64,000 bases of DNA, taken from the NCBI GenBank assembly GCA_051294905.1, contig CM119372.1, positions 2,048,001 through 2,112,000 on the forward strand. Reading direction: 5' to 3'. The translations under genes were made by a program, and so were the position numbers. The notes under the pieces are model-generated. The model worked only from the letters and a program-made list of their open reading frames with translations. It had not been told where the DNA came from and ran no database searches. Below, piece by piece: positions 36,201-47,754 of this stretch (positions are counted from its first letter, which is position 1; each line of letters starts with the position of its first letter). The stretch comes from Botryllus schlosseri. Lineage: Eukaryota.

Positions 36201-39200
36201 CTATTTATTTGAATGGTATAAAGTTCAAATATTCTATCAGTTGAGGAACATTTGCCTAATATAGGCTACACAGTACCCACTCATGCTACCAGTACCAGCG
36301 ACAACAAATCGACTGTATTTACATCAGTTGCCATGCAAAGCCAGATATATCCGCCCAGATGTTAATTCATGTTCCCGATAATCTGCTCTTACATAGACCA
36401 GGTGAAATTTATTGGAAAAGTGAAAAACAACTCTGCTGTTATTCCTACCTCTGTGTGACTAATTCATGGCGAGATATAATATGACTGATATTCAATACCT
36501 TGACTCAAACCAGTTGGAGAATAATGTCAACTCTCAACAGGAGAATTGTACACCATATGCTATAAGACTGATTTAAACAGATTTCATCAGCACAACAGTT
36601 AATCCAATTATAATTTGTATGGCATAATAGATTATAAAGTGTGAATTTGGCTCTGCAACTGCATATCATAGCAGGACAAATGCTGAGATAACATACGAGG
36701 CCCTGCCTCCAGTTAGAAGCGTTCCCTTTGGTGTTTTAGTCCAGGCTTTTCGGACTCAATTTGGGTAGCGGGCCAGACTCGAGAAGTCTTGAAATCCTTT
36801 TTCTATGATGCTACAATTCAATATCGGTAACTTTGTTTTTGTAGAACTTCATTTTCAAGCCTATACAAAATATATATTATTACGAATTATTAGCGCTCTA
36901 TTGTAGCGACACCTTTATTCGTGAACAATGGAACTGGTGAAAATACAATGAACCACTAAGACAGTGCTTCCTAACCCGTGCTTCACAACGATATAGCATA
37001 AGTCAGCATATTTCTTTGCTTCTATTGTTTTATTCGTGATGTGGTGCCAGTTGTGGACTCCTGGGCATACGCTGTGGGGAATAGAAGAGATTTAGCTGTA
37101 ACCATGGCCACTATTGGAGTTCTAGAATTTTTCCTTTGAAATTTTACCGACACTGGCATGAAATTGTCAAGTTATCTAAATGTAGGCTACGATGCATGAG
37201 ATAGTGGTGTTCAAATTTTGGATTTGAAAGAATAGTATACCCGGCTCAAGCTTTAACGCTTTCACCACTGTGAATAAGTACCTTTCGGTCATATTTTTTC
37301 CAGAAAACTTTTAGGAAATCTTTAAATGACTAGAGCGCAAATTGCCGGGTCGTATGCAGAATAAGCCGTCTTCACAAGCATTTTTTTATCCGTTCACTAA
37401 ATATATCTCACTGGGTGTTCTAACATTTTCGCCCCCTTGCTTCTCAAAAACGCCCGAGTTAGGAATCACTGCTCAGCATTTTTTAATGCCATCGTGGGTT
37501 ATTCAAATATAACTTCTATTTCGAAAGCTTACCGTACTGAAAATTTTGAGTTCAAAAAAATAGTACCGGTTTTTACGGTGGATATCGTACCGGGAGTTCT
37601 ATAATTAATTATGATAGATTTTCCCATCCTAAATACGATTTTTATAAATCCAAAATTTACTACTGCAATAACTTTGCTTCTGTGGGTGGGAATTATTTGT
37701 TATGAAACCTCACAATTTCATGGGGTATCCACTGGCCAGTGGCCAGTATTGTTCGAAAAAAAATTAATGAATTTGAACTTTTGAACTCGAATAGCTTGGC
37801 TTTTTCAGGTTGGAATTGAGCCAAATTTGATGTACCGGTACAACATTTTCCGAGCAAAATTTGACGCGCAGCGTTTTATACTAAGGCGAAGTAACAATTT
37901 TGTCAACTATCCAGTGAAATTTGAAAAAAAAAATTTCACAACCTCAGTGTTCATGTGCAATATTGTTATCTAACTTTTTTCGTGTAGTAAGCAGGGTTGT
38001 AATGATTCGAGTCATGACTCGACTCGAGCCACGATTTTCTGATGACTCAGCTGAACTCGAGTCATTTTCTCAAAATAGGGAAATGACTCGACTCGACTAG
38101 AGTCGATCTGTGTATTGACTCGACTTGGACTCGAGTCATTACGCATGACTCTAACCAAGTCATATGACTCGAGACTCAAATGACCAAGACCGACATTTCA
38201 TTGCAATTTCCAAGAGTAGTAAAGTAACCACACTATTGGGATCTCGACTATGGTACTGGTACTTGAAATTGCGACCAGAAACTGGTAAAAGTGGAGGAAA
38301 ATTAGTATATTATGAATGCGAACTATTCGATATCACCAAAGTGGGTCAACAAGACTTTAACTGGAAACTGAGCAGTCAATGAAATGACTTGGACTCGGAC
38401 ACGAGTCATAATACCATGACTCGGATTCGACTCTCTGCTCGCTGACTTGGACTCGGTAGTGAATTGGAAATGACTCGACTTGACTCGAGTAAAAACTATT
38501 ATAGTGAGATTGACTTGTGACTCAGAGCCTTGTGACTTGGTTACAACCCTGGTTGTAAGCATAATTTCTGGACACATGTAAAGTTTGGATGGATGTGGAT
38601 TATTCCAATCTTGAAACCATCCAGTAAACAGACCACGTATCACACTCAAAAAATGTAGTCTCATAATTTTAGTATTTCGCAGTGCCATTAGGCATTCTGC
38701 ATCTCTAAGAGAATGTGTCTTATTAGCAAACAAACAAATCTAGAGGATGAGTCACACTAGCAACAGCATTACTCGCGAGCGCTTTATCCACCCTTGACCT
38801 ACCTACATGGCCTACAAGTCCAACAAATGTTGCAACGATTGCTTGTCTAGCTGGCCTGTGAGAGTGCTATGATTATAAAATCTGTCAATCTGTTGAAACG
38901 GTAGATGGGAAGCTATCGCAAAAATGTGAATTATAAAATTACATCACAGCAAAAGTTCCTTAGGCGATTGACTGACATAAACAATTGAAAATGTACAAGC
39001 GCAAGGAGCCTTTCAATGCGAGAAATCACAGGCAGACTTTGACAACTAAATAATTGTAGTGTGGTAATCAGACTAATTAGAGAAAAATGCCACCGATCTA
39101 ATTCTAATCTAATTTCTGGTTTCGCTTAAAATGCTCCAGGAGAACTGTACAGAGAGGAATGAGACAAACTCGGTATATACTCATTTGTAATTCTCGTACT

Positions 39201-41327
39201 TATGAGAATGAATTTTGATTTAATACGAGCAGAACCTGTTTTTTGTGGTTTTTTTCTGATTTGGAATTGAATTCAATTTCCAAATTTCTGCAAATCCATT
39301 CTAATTTTCATCTAAATTGGAAAATAAATGTGCAGCTGTAATTCTAATTCTAATGTTGTATGGGAAAGCTGAAAATAGTCTTAGTTTTCCAACTCTGCAA
39401 ATAATAGGACAGTCAGATCGCAGAGTATATCACGCGAACTCTGTTCAAGATCACTGGTGACATGTCAATCCATTTTTTTTACTACAACAGACTTTTATAA
39501 AAAAAAACTTGTGACAATATTGTGCCTGGCGTGATATACTATATTGACCGAAACATAAACAGGAAAGATATCAAACCATTTATATCTTGCAGTGGAAATT
39601 TTCCAGTTTACCGAGGCTGATTAGATAATAACATGGTAGATATTGTGGGGTTCAACAGGTAAAAAAAGGTTAAGAATCACTGATATAGTTAATTACGTGT
39701 CACGCCGTAACAATAGATTTTGTACCTGCAAGAAAAAGTGATGTCTTGTGACCTCCTGAATCAGTTCGTCCTCCATGGATTCGGGATAGAACTTTGCGAG
39801 AAATCTCAATTCCATCTTGTCGCTCCCGACGGGTTGAGGGATCGGATAACTCAACAGCTAGAAAGAATATAATTTTGGCATAATTGTACTTCATGTTCCT
39901 GACAGACGTCAGCACACCAATTTCAAAATAATTTTTTTCGTAGTATTTCAATGGCCATTTAATAAAATTGTTAGGTCGGCTAAAAAAAACACTGCACACC
40001 AAATTTGGCTCAAAGCCAACCTGAAGAAGTGAGCAAAGATGTAACACAACGAACGAATTATTCAAAAGCTACGAGACCGTTACGGGACCTGCCGCGTACC
40101 TTTTTGTCAAGCTTTATCCAGTTAAATTTCTTTTGCGCGTCATCGAAAGCAAGACCAAAATACCAAGTTTCCCGCAGTCCGATCGTTCGGCACGTCTGGT
40201 CAAATACGTCGCGGCCGCGGACATCACTGGGAACCCTGAAAACGATGATCGGAGTTTGCTTGAAAAGTTTGAAAAGAGGAATATGCAGAATAAACATGTA
40301 AAAGGCCTATCCTGTAACTTTTCAGGAATTTCAGAAGAGTTTGAAGCAATTTTTGTCATCAAATTAAAACGAGGTTATTGTTAAATGATGACATCAATTT
40401 ATTCCTTAGATCAGAGTTTTTCAACCTTTTTTACACTGTGGTCCCTTCAATGACCCCTGATTTTTCAACTGTTTGAAAAAAGCATGAAACCTAATTTTAA
40501 TTGAAAAAAATGGACTGTACAGTTATAGAGAAGTGGAATTAAAAATACTAATTTTCCTCCCTGAAAACGGTTCATGGCTGCCAGGCTGGGAACCCCCGAA
40601 TAAGACCATGTTGTAATGTCGATAACTTTAAGACAATAAATGAAAGTATATAGACAATAGACAATACTAATTTTTCTCATTCCTAACAATTTCTGATCCC
40701 ATTTTTCAAGTATTACTACTGATAGATGAAATTTCTTGGTCGAGTCATGTGCAATGACTTGAGTAGGCCTACATATTGACTCAAGACTCAAGTCGAGTCG
40801 AGTAATTTTATGTATTTATGAAAATTCATCAACAATGAGAAAGCACCTTTGTTTTCAACTATCAAACACAGAGGCCGGCCAGAACAACAATTAGGAATAT
40901 AGTTTCCAAACAAAATGGAAGTCTGCAGGATAAGTTTGGTAGCCACCACAGAAACTTGTGAATGGATTAGCATGAGAGAAGATAGGTCTAGGCTAGCGAC
41001 GAGCGTTGATATTTGATTGTGACTGACAATCTGACATGGAGAATAGTTTCAGATGCAGATACGGTATTGATTCGGGCCATGTTAAGCATACAATTTTAGG
41101 TTAACCGCGGAGACTGATAGTGAGAGAACACTCGCAACTAGATTGCGTTACGTCTCACGTTTAGATTCGGATTTGATAAGTTGTTATATGAAATCCACCA
41201 GACCCGATGTATCCGCGTAAAAATAACCAATATTTCACACTGTCACTCACTGGAATTCAAGATCGGCAGCTAAAGTCGACACTCGGATGCTGATATTCCT
41301 CTTTTTCTTGAACAACGGAAACGGCAT
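24209..41327 (-). CDS. NF2: Merlin / neurofibromin-2; exons 41327-41251, 40235-40100, 39857-39726, 34911-34828, 33959-33835, 33243-33141, 32166-31882, 30028-29915, 29119-29052, 27968-27923, 27542-27411, 26344-26259, 26066-25970, 25540-25173, 24478-24319, 24259-24209; 687 aa
   Basis: 16 GT-AG exons in frame (2064 nt). Merlin-type rather than ERM-type motifs: [37 protein letters not shown], blue-box-like [36 protein letters not shown]-terminal YYDEL. Confidence 0.93.
26942..27402 (+). mobile_element. GACTC-repeat MITE
   Basis: CAGGGTCGTAAC...CACAACCCCG ends; homologous to 37992-38551. Other copies near 29500-29900, 33330-33540, 33660-33808, 40600-40800, 41871-42080. Confidence 0.75.
27546..27622 (-). 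mobile_element. Penelope pseudo-LTR fragment with hammerhead motif
   Basis: Minus strand GCTGACGATTGCCC-CTGACGA-GTGTCGGCC-GAAA-ATAT-TC-AGGT; homologous to 20924-20998. Confidence 0.85.
28980..29043 (+). mobile_element. Degenerate Penelope pseudo-LTR fragment
   Basis: CCTGGCGAGTGTCAGCCGAAAACAATCAGG...CATACTATT; ribozyme core mutated. Confidence 0.7.
30165..30343. mobile_element. Miniature Penelope palindrome (inverted pseudo-LTR + pseudo-LTR with tail)
   Basis: 30165-30221 is inverted to 30255-30311; right side continues ATTGAAGTTCTGTGCCCCCAAGAAGCTCTTTC, matching the tail at 21002-21033. Confidence 0.85.
30365..30548 (+). mobile_element. Penelope 3' end (HLKIVH* + pseudo-LTR + hammerhead), interrupted by a fold-back MITE
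   Basis: CATCTAAAAATAGTACATTGA encodes the same C-terminus; ACCC-CTGACGA-GTGTCAGCC-GAAA-AGAT-TC-GGGT at ~30495-30528. Confidence 0.85.
30549..31140. mobile_element. Fold-back MITE with 7-bp TSD (P-superfamily-like ends)
   Basis: ~265-bp near-perfect arms TATAGAAATT...AATTTCTATA; ATTATAC at 30542-30548 and 31141-31147. Confidence 0.8.
31180..31310 (-). mobile_element. tRNA-derived SINE fragment
   Basis: Minus strand GTAATGGTGGAGCG...GGGTTCAATCCCCGGC; related to 52798-52960. Confidence 0.7.
32234..32758. mobile_element. Fold-back hAT-type MITE inserted in a Penelope pseudo-LTR
   Basis: CAGGGGTGTTCAAAAA...TTTTTGAACACCCCTA; 8-bp TSD ATCTTCAC. Confidence 0.88.
32776..32822 (-). ncRNA. Hammerhead ribozyme motif with intact core in NF2 intron (Penelope pseudo-LTR)
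   Basis: Minus strand GCTGAC-TTTT-ACCC-CTGACGA-G-CGTCAGC-C-GAAA-ATAT-TC-GGGT. Confidence 0.8.
34170..34692. mobile_element. Non-autonomous DNA element with ~155-bp inverted arms
   Basis: AAGGGGCACCGCACTCT...AGAGTGCAGTGCCCCTT; arms ~34170-34323 and ~34538-34692; no clean TSD, superfamily unclear. Confidence 0.75.
35041..35556. mobile_element. Fold-back hAT-type MITE (same family as 32234-32758)
   Basis: AAGGGGTGTTCAAAAATGAC...CATTTTCAACATCCCTA; 8-bp TSD CTGTACAG. Confidence 0.88.
37992..38551 (-). mobile_element. GACTC-repeat hAT-type MITE, full length
   Basis: TIR CAGGGTTGTAA...TTACAACCCTG; TSD GTAGTAAG/GTTGTAAG. Confidence 0.88.
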
Positions 41328-42269
41328 CCTCGCTTTCAAGGCTTCCGACTTCAGGTGATATACAGTGGATTGGTTTCGTTTCGCAGACGTGGATTACAGT
41401 CCAACATTTATCCACAGATAGAGGCGACTCACGCTTTCAATTCTGTCACAAAGTAACTGGACTTAAACGCTAGCGATATCCACTGCACCTGGTATTAAAG
41501 ACCTTACCCTCGAAATTAAAGTCTGTTTGATAGTTAGCTCGTTAACGCAATAAACCGAAACAACAACTTCTCCGCTCTCCGTGTGTATCAAGAGACGCGG
41601 TGGAGACAACGGGAGTTGCTAAACCGCCGTGACCAGTGCCACCAACGTGGCCGACGAAGATATATAACTACGGACGCGAGGAACCTTCTGATCTCAAACT
41701 GCGGGAAATTGAACGTCAAATATATACATCTATATATATAATTGTATAGAATTCTTTCCAATGAGGTAGAGATGATTTTTTATACATAAATATTTTATAT
41801 ACATGATGCAGAACCAGGCAGCAGAGAAAGGATCGGGAGATCAAGTCAGATAAAGCATGACTCTGATTATCAGGGTTGTAACCAAGTCACAGGTCAATCT
41901 CACTTTTTTGATTTTGACTCGAGTCAAGTCGAGTCATTTTCAATTCACCACCGAGTCAAGTCCGAGTCAGCGATCAGTCGAGACCACTGAGCTATATAGA
42001 CCGAGAGACCGAGTCCGAGTCTAAGTCATTGTGTTGACTGCTCAGTTTCCAGTTAAAGTCTTGTTAACCCAATTTTTAACCAACATTTGTTACATTCAGA
42101 TATTGTTGAGACAAGTGTACCCGATTGATGCGGGTGTGATCAGACTAGTTGACCTCCAAGGTCATATCGAGCATTCCTATCTCACTATAGATAACTGAAG
42201 GATGAATATATAGACTCTCTCTCTCTCTCTCTTTATAAAGTTAATGGTGGGACGATCAGGGAGCGGCTC

Positions 42270-43035
42270 AGCACAATGCAATGCACAAGACACAATGCGA
42301 TCCAATTAAGTGATAGGAGGGTGCCGAAACGACCCGTTGCGGTTTCATCCACCTCCGTCCTCCACCCTAGTGCTCGATATCAATTCGGCCGTCTTTCTCT
42401 TTCATACGCTCAGTCTTGTTGTTTCCATTCGCTTATATCAATCATCAAATTATATTCTTATCGGCACAATGTAGCCTACAATGCGATATGTAAGACACAC
42501 GATGCGATGCAATGAACAGATAGGGGGATGGATGCCTAACGACCAACCGCAGTCGACCTGGTGTCCGACGTCACAGTCTTTGTTTGTTTGTTCGAGGTAA
42601 ACATGGAGTATTCGAGGTATGTCGACAAATGGTCATTTACACCGGGCCAATTTTATACGGCCAACTTCTAGGCTATGTCACAGTATTCTTCGATGTTATT
42701 CTGTGTTCGATGGTCCTTTTTTAGAAGATATTTCTTGGTCTTTTTCTTTCTTCATCAGGTCTTTTTTTCTTTTTTTTTTTTGGGCTTTTTTTTGTCGCCG
42801 TAAGAGCACCGACGCAGGGGAAGAGGAGCACAGAAAAACCTCCTACGGCGGGAATCGAACCCTAGCCGCCGGCTTGGATGGCGCCGACGGGCCGACGCTC
42901 GCCACTACGCTATCTCCCCGCTTCTTTGAGTACTTACTTCATTGGGTCTTTTCCTGGGCGTTTTGTCGCCATAAGAACGACCGACACAGGGGAGAAGGAG
43001 CCCAGATAACTCTTCTACACCACTACGCCAACTCA
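42270..43035 (-). mobile_element. Cluster of tRNA-derived SINE copies
   Basis: Box A TAGCGTAGTGG and box B GGTTCGATTCCC on the minus strand at 42845-42915; cores match 6545-6910. Confidence 0.65.
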
Positions 43036-43553
43036 CCTTCTTATTCTAGCAAACTTTCATCGTTTCTGTATTATTTTGATGGCGCTGAAATTTAAAATTA
43101 CCGTAGTTTTTGTCAAAAAGTGCCAAAGTGAGTCAATTGAATGAAATTGACTAAACGCTGTAACCCATTGAAGAAGAACGAGCTGTCATTTCACCCCCCG
43201 TTTCAAACGATGGGCGGATATATAGCATTTTCAGGTTTGAGATTCAAGCACAATACTTTCGTATCTGTTATGTTCTTGATCTTGTTCGAACAATAACTCA
43301 ATACGACGAGGTTGCAATACAGAATCAGTATATTGTACAGCAAAATAACTTTACGGCAGCGACACGATCCAGAGTGCAGTTAAATGAAAGACCAGTAGAC
43401 AACAGAACGATGGGTATAAATACGAAGCACGACACACGAGGAAATAATGATTGGCGGTATTTACTAATCCTAGACAAATAAGAAACAAACGATACCAACG
43501 TAAAATGCACGAACATAACAGTCCTCCCCTGTAAGTTAAGAATACAAGGTAGT

Positions 43554-44808
43554 TTACCTTGGCCAATAGAACTCAGTTTGTTTTCTAAGTCTAAGCGGAT
43601 AACGTCTGCCCGACGTTCGAGCAGGACTAACTACAGGACGTTGTGCCCCATTCCTGACCAATGGTTGCTCAACTTGTGGTTGCCGAGGTTGAACAACTTC
43701 CTGTGTGGCTTTATTATTGCCAGCTGAAATCAAGCGTGGTTGGAGTTGGTTCTTATGCCTTCTCCAATACCCATGATCTGTTTTTACAATGTACACAACA
43801 CGCCCCAGTATTTCCGTCACCACGCCAGCAACCCACTTTGGTCCGCTTCGGTAACTGCGAGCGTAAACCGAGGAACCAATCTCGAAATGAGTGACTGATT
43901 GTCTAGGCGTAACGGGTTTCGATTTATCGAAGGGCGAGCACAAACTTAACAAATTGCGCGGCTGTCGACCATGTAAAATCTCGGCAGGCGTTTTCCAGTC
44001 TATGCCCGGGTGCGGTGCACATCGGTACGTAGCGAGAAGTGTTTGGAGCGCGAAGTTGAGATCTTTTCCCCCGTCGCAATTTTTTATTAATCCAGCTTTT
44101 AAAGTCTGGACGAATCGCTCCGCTTCCCCGTTTGAGGCAGGGTGAAAAGACGGTGATACGATATGGCTGATTGCCAAATTAGAGCAAAACGTATCGAATT
44201 CATTCGATGTGAATTGCGGCCCGCCATCCGTGACAATTGTTACGGGCAAGCCTTCAATAGAGAAGACTTCCCTCAAAGAGTTGACCACACACAAGGTTGT
44301 GGTGGAACCGACATTCATTACTTTAACGAAAGGATATTTCGAATGCGCATCGACGATGACAAGAAACATTTTGTTGTTTATTGGACCTGCGAAATCCAAG
44401 TGAATTCGATCAAAGCTTTCGGAAGTTTTGGGCCATTCGCGATACTGACGATCAGGCGCTTTCATTACCTTACGGCAAGCGTCGCAACTCTTAACGAGAT
44501 TTTCAATGTCGCGATTAATGGAAGGCCATGCAATGTAACGTCGAGCCATCTGCTTCATTTTCGCGATACCCCAGTGTCCTTCGTGCAACAATGATAAGAC
44601 TCGCGAGCGAAGTGACTGCGGAATTACTACGCGCTGAAAACCATCAATATTGAGCATAACTATGTCTTCGTGCAGAGAAAGCGAATGTTTGCGAGTCGAA
44701 AACCAAGAAAAATCATCAATGTGCGTCTTTGGATTCCAATTACCATGAGTGACGATAATTTTACTAGTTTCAAGGTTTTGTCCTTCAGTGTCGTGTCGCG
44801 AATTTCAT
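43554..44808 (-). CDS. Integrase part of the Gypsy polyprotein
   Basis: HEGHWG...CDAC zinc motif, RIHLDFAGP, IVTDGGPQF, HPASNGEAER; frame open back to ~44808. Confidence 0.93.
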
Positions 44809-47754
44809 GCGAGTTAACGGTAAGCCATCGAATGCCATATTAATAGCGTGAACGATCTTCGCGTTTTCACGAATTTCCAGTTCGTCAAACTCAGGGTCTG
44901 GACCCTTTGGTAGGCGAGATAAACCGTCGGCGTTTACGTGCTGATTGGTCGGTTTATAGCGAATATCGTATTGATAAGCCATGAGCGTTAGTGCCCATGG
45001 CTGTAAGCGTTGCGCTGTAATAACGGGAATTTTCTTGTCGGGCGAGAAAATAGCTAAAAGCGGTTTGTGGTCCGTTACGAGCGTAAATTTTCTACCATAC
45101 AAGAATTGACGAAATTTAGTGACTCCGTAAATAATTGACAGAGCTTCCTTCTCGATTTGAGAGTAGGATTTTTGCGAATCTGAAAGCGTTTTCGATGCGT
45201 GCGCGATCGGTCTCTCTTCGCCATTGTGCTCGATTGAGAGGACAGCGCCGATTCCGAATTGAGAAGCATCCGTTGACAAGATGAGCTGCTTGTTTACATC
45301 ATAATGAGCTAACTGCGTAGCGTCGATTACGTCGTTTTTGAGAATGCGAAAAGCTGCGTCACAGTCCGTATTCCAAATGAATTTCGCGTCTTTTTGAAGT
45401 AGACGGTACAAGGCAGCGGCTTTTTTCGTAAAATTAGGAATAAACGCGCGATAATAGTTGACTTTGCCCAGGAATTCCTGTAGCTGGCGAACATCCTGAG
45501 GTTTAGGCAACTGTTTGATTGCTTCAACGGATTTGTTAGACGGGCGTTTGCCATCCTTGTCAATTATATGACCAAGGTACTCGATACTACTTTTGAAAAA
45601 TTCACATTTAGCGAAGTTGACGGTGAAACCGTATTCGGCGAGGCGCTCAAAGAGTAGCGATAAGTTGCGAAAATGATCGCGTTCATCAGTGCCAGTAACG
45701 ATTATGTCATCGATAAAACTAGCAACACCGGGTAAGCCGGCGATCATGGCATCAATACAGCGTTGGAAATTTGCGGGACTAGATGCGACTCCGAAACACA
45801 TGCGTCGATAACGGAATAGACCGAATTGCGTGTTGATGACACACAAATTTTTCGCATCATCATCTAATTCTAGCTGAAAATAAGCATCGGCAAGATCAAT
45901 TTTCGTGAAAATACAACCACCCTGTAACTTGTGAAGGATTTCATCCAAGGAGGGCAGGGGATGTTGATCTATCTGAATCTGTTGATTCAATGCTTTGAAG
46001 TCACCACAAATGCGTACTGATCCATTAGATTTAGTGACGGCAACAATTGGTGCTGCCCAATCACTGTAATTGATTGGTTCGAGTATACCTTGATTGACTA
46101 ATCTATTCAATTCGGTTTGAACAGCGATTTGCCTTGCGAAAGGCAAGGGACGTGGCTTGTTGAATACGGGCTTGGCATTAGGTTTCAAGTGAATTGTCAC
46201 CTTTGTCTTGGTGCATCGTCCTAATACATTAGAGAAAACGGAGGGAAATTCGGACTGAAAAGATACCAATTTGTCGTTCGAATCACGAATGTCAATAGTA
46301 TTACATGATTGCGATTTGACCATCTGCGAGGAAATTGCATCCAAAGCAGACGTTCCCTTAGCGGTCATGGAGAAGGCATCGCTCCAATCGAGACCAAAAA
46401 TGTTTTGCCCACGGTGTTCGTCGACAACCACCAATTTTAAGCCAACTCGAACTTCCGAACCCACCTGCACAGTTACACTGCAAATACCTTTCACTTTCAG
46501 TGGCTTGTCGCCGTACGCTACGAAAGAGCAATGGTATGCTGAGAGTTTCGGAGAGCCCAAAGTTTTGTACCCAGTCAATCCCACCATGGTAGAGGGTGCA
46601 CCAGTGTCCCACTCTGTCGGCAACGGAATGCCGTTGATGCTGGAGTTGATCCAGAGCTGGTTTCCTACGCGTCGATATAGTTGATCGATGTCGAAGAAGA
46701 GGAGCGGCACTGAGCAGAAATTGACGGATGTGACCTGTTGCGTGATACTAGGTTTGGTAGACATGCACACAGGTTTGATATGACCTTTACGACCACATTT
46801 CTGACGTACTGCATGTCGATACTGACAGTCTTTTCTCTGGTGATCGATGAAACAGCGGCTGCAGGATTTCAGTCTTTCCGGGAAGTTGCCTTGGATGGAT
46901 TTGGAAGGTTTTTTCCCCTTCTGATAACTTCCCGTCATCTTGTTGACGAAAGAAGTATCTTTACTGCTACTCTCGCCCTGGATAACCCTATCAGTTTCCA
47001 GCGTTCTCACGTATGTTGCGGCTACTTTGAGAACGTCGTCGAGGGATGGTTTGGTTTGTGTTAGACAATGCCGTCTCACATCCGCGTGCGGCGTTTCTAT
47101 AATGATGAGATCGCGCATTAGCTCATCAACGTAGCTCTGATCACAGCCTTCTCTTGAGCATGTGAAGTTGCAATCCTTGGAGATTCCGCGTAGAGTAGCG
47201 ATCCAATCGGCGTATGATTGTCCCGGCTGCATTTTGCAATTGTAAAATTCGTACCTGGCTGCTTGCACAATATGCACATGAATTGAGTCCTTGAAGTGTG
47301 TGGACAACTTCTCAGTCAACGCGTCGAAGGATTGTGCACTGACATCAGCAGCACCAAACAAATAACGTAGAAGCGAGTAGGTTTCAGGTCCGACCGATGA
47401 GAGTAGACACGCTCTGTTTTTCTCCATGTTGGAAATGCCGTAAATTGCTAGGTGATGGTTGAATCGTTGCAGATATTGGTCCCACTTTTTCTTTGATTTT
47501 ACAAACGAATCAAACTTGGGAGCGGTAGCTTCAGATGTTGACGCACCGGGATTCAACCTCTGCACTAATTGCGATATGGCTTCCTCATGCTGCAGCTTTT
47601 GCTGTGCCATATCTTCTTTGTGCTGTGCGCGTTGTTGGTCCAAATCTTCTCTGTGCCGAGCATTTTGCTGCTCCAGCTCTTCTTTACGCTGTGCGCGTTG
47701 TTCCGCCATCGTTTCCTGCTGCTTCTCTAGAAGCTTCAATATACTTGCTTCCAT
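44785..47754 (-). CDS. Gag-protease-RT-RNase H polyprotein (frameshifted from integrase near 44810)
   Basis: Zn-knuckle region, WDTGA protease, WAAPIV, RICGDF, FGVASSPANFQ, FIDDII, TDAS..GIGAVL, YSQIEKEAL, TDHKPL, NADGLSR. Confidence 0.93.
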   Translation of the reverse strand: MEASILKLLEKQQETMAEQRAQRKEELEQQNARHREDLDQQRAQHKEDMAQQKLQHEEAISQLVQRLNPGASTSEATAPKFDSFVKSKKKWDQYLQRFNHHLAIYGISNMEKNRACLLSSVGPETYSLLRYLFGAADVSAQSFDALTEKLSTHFKDSIHVHIVQAARYEFYNCKMQPGQSYADWIATLRGISKDCNFTCSREGCDQSYVDELMRDLIIIETPHADVRRHCLTQTKPSLDDVLKVAATYVRTLETDRVIQGESSSKDTSFVNKMTGSYQKGKKPSKSIQGNFPERLKSCSRCFIDHQRKDCQYRHAVRQKCGRKGHIKPVCMSTKPSITQQVTSVNFCSVPLLFFDIDQLYRRVGNQLWINSSINGIPLPTEWDTGAPSTMVGLTGYKTLGSPKLSAYHCSFVAYGDKPLKVKGICSVTVQVGSEVRVGLKLVVVDEHRGQNIFGLDWSDAFSMTAKGTSALDAISSQMVKSQSCNTIDIRDSNDKLVSFQSEFPSVFSNVLGRCTKTKVTIHLKPNAKPVFNKPRPLPFARQIAVQTELNRLVNQGILEPINYSDWAAPIVAVTKSNGSVRICGDFKALNQQIQIDQHPLPSLDEILHKLQGGCIFTKIDLADAYFQLELDDDAKNLCVINTQFGLFRYRRMCFGVASSPANFQRCIDAMIAGLPGVASFIDDIIVTGTDERDHFRNLSLLFERLAEYGFTVNFAKCEFFKSSIEYLGHIIDKDGKRPSNKSVEAIKQLPKPQDVRQLQEFLGKVNYYRAFIPNFTKKAAALYRLLQKDAKFIWNTDCDAAFRILKNDVIDATQLAHYDVNKQLILSTDASQFGIGAVLSIEHNGEERPIAHASKTLSDSQKSYSQIEKEALSIIYGVTKFRQFLYGRKFTLVTDHKPLLAIFSPDKKIPVITAQRLQPWALTLMAYQYDIRYKPTNQHVNADGLSRLPKGPDPEFDELEIRENAKIVHAINMAFDGLPLTRMKFATRH

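Noticed and set aside
35750..37500. Nested gene or transposase relic in the large NF2 intron
   Set aside because: No long frame, motif or clear termini that I could support.
24209..41327. Ezrin/radixin/moesin ortholog
   Set aside because: Blue-box-like segment, RETW, PEASVLL and GNHDLF are merlin-type, and the ERM actin-binding tail is absent.
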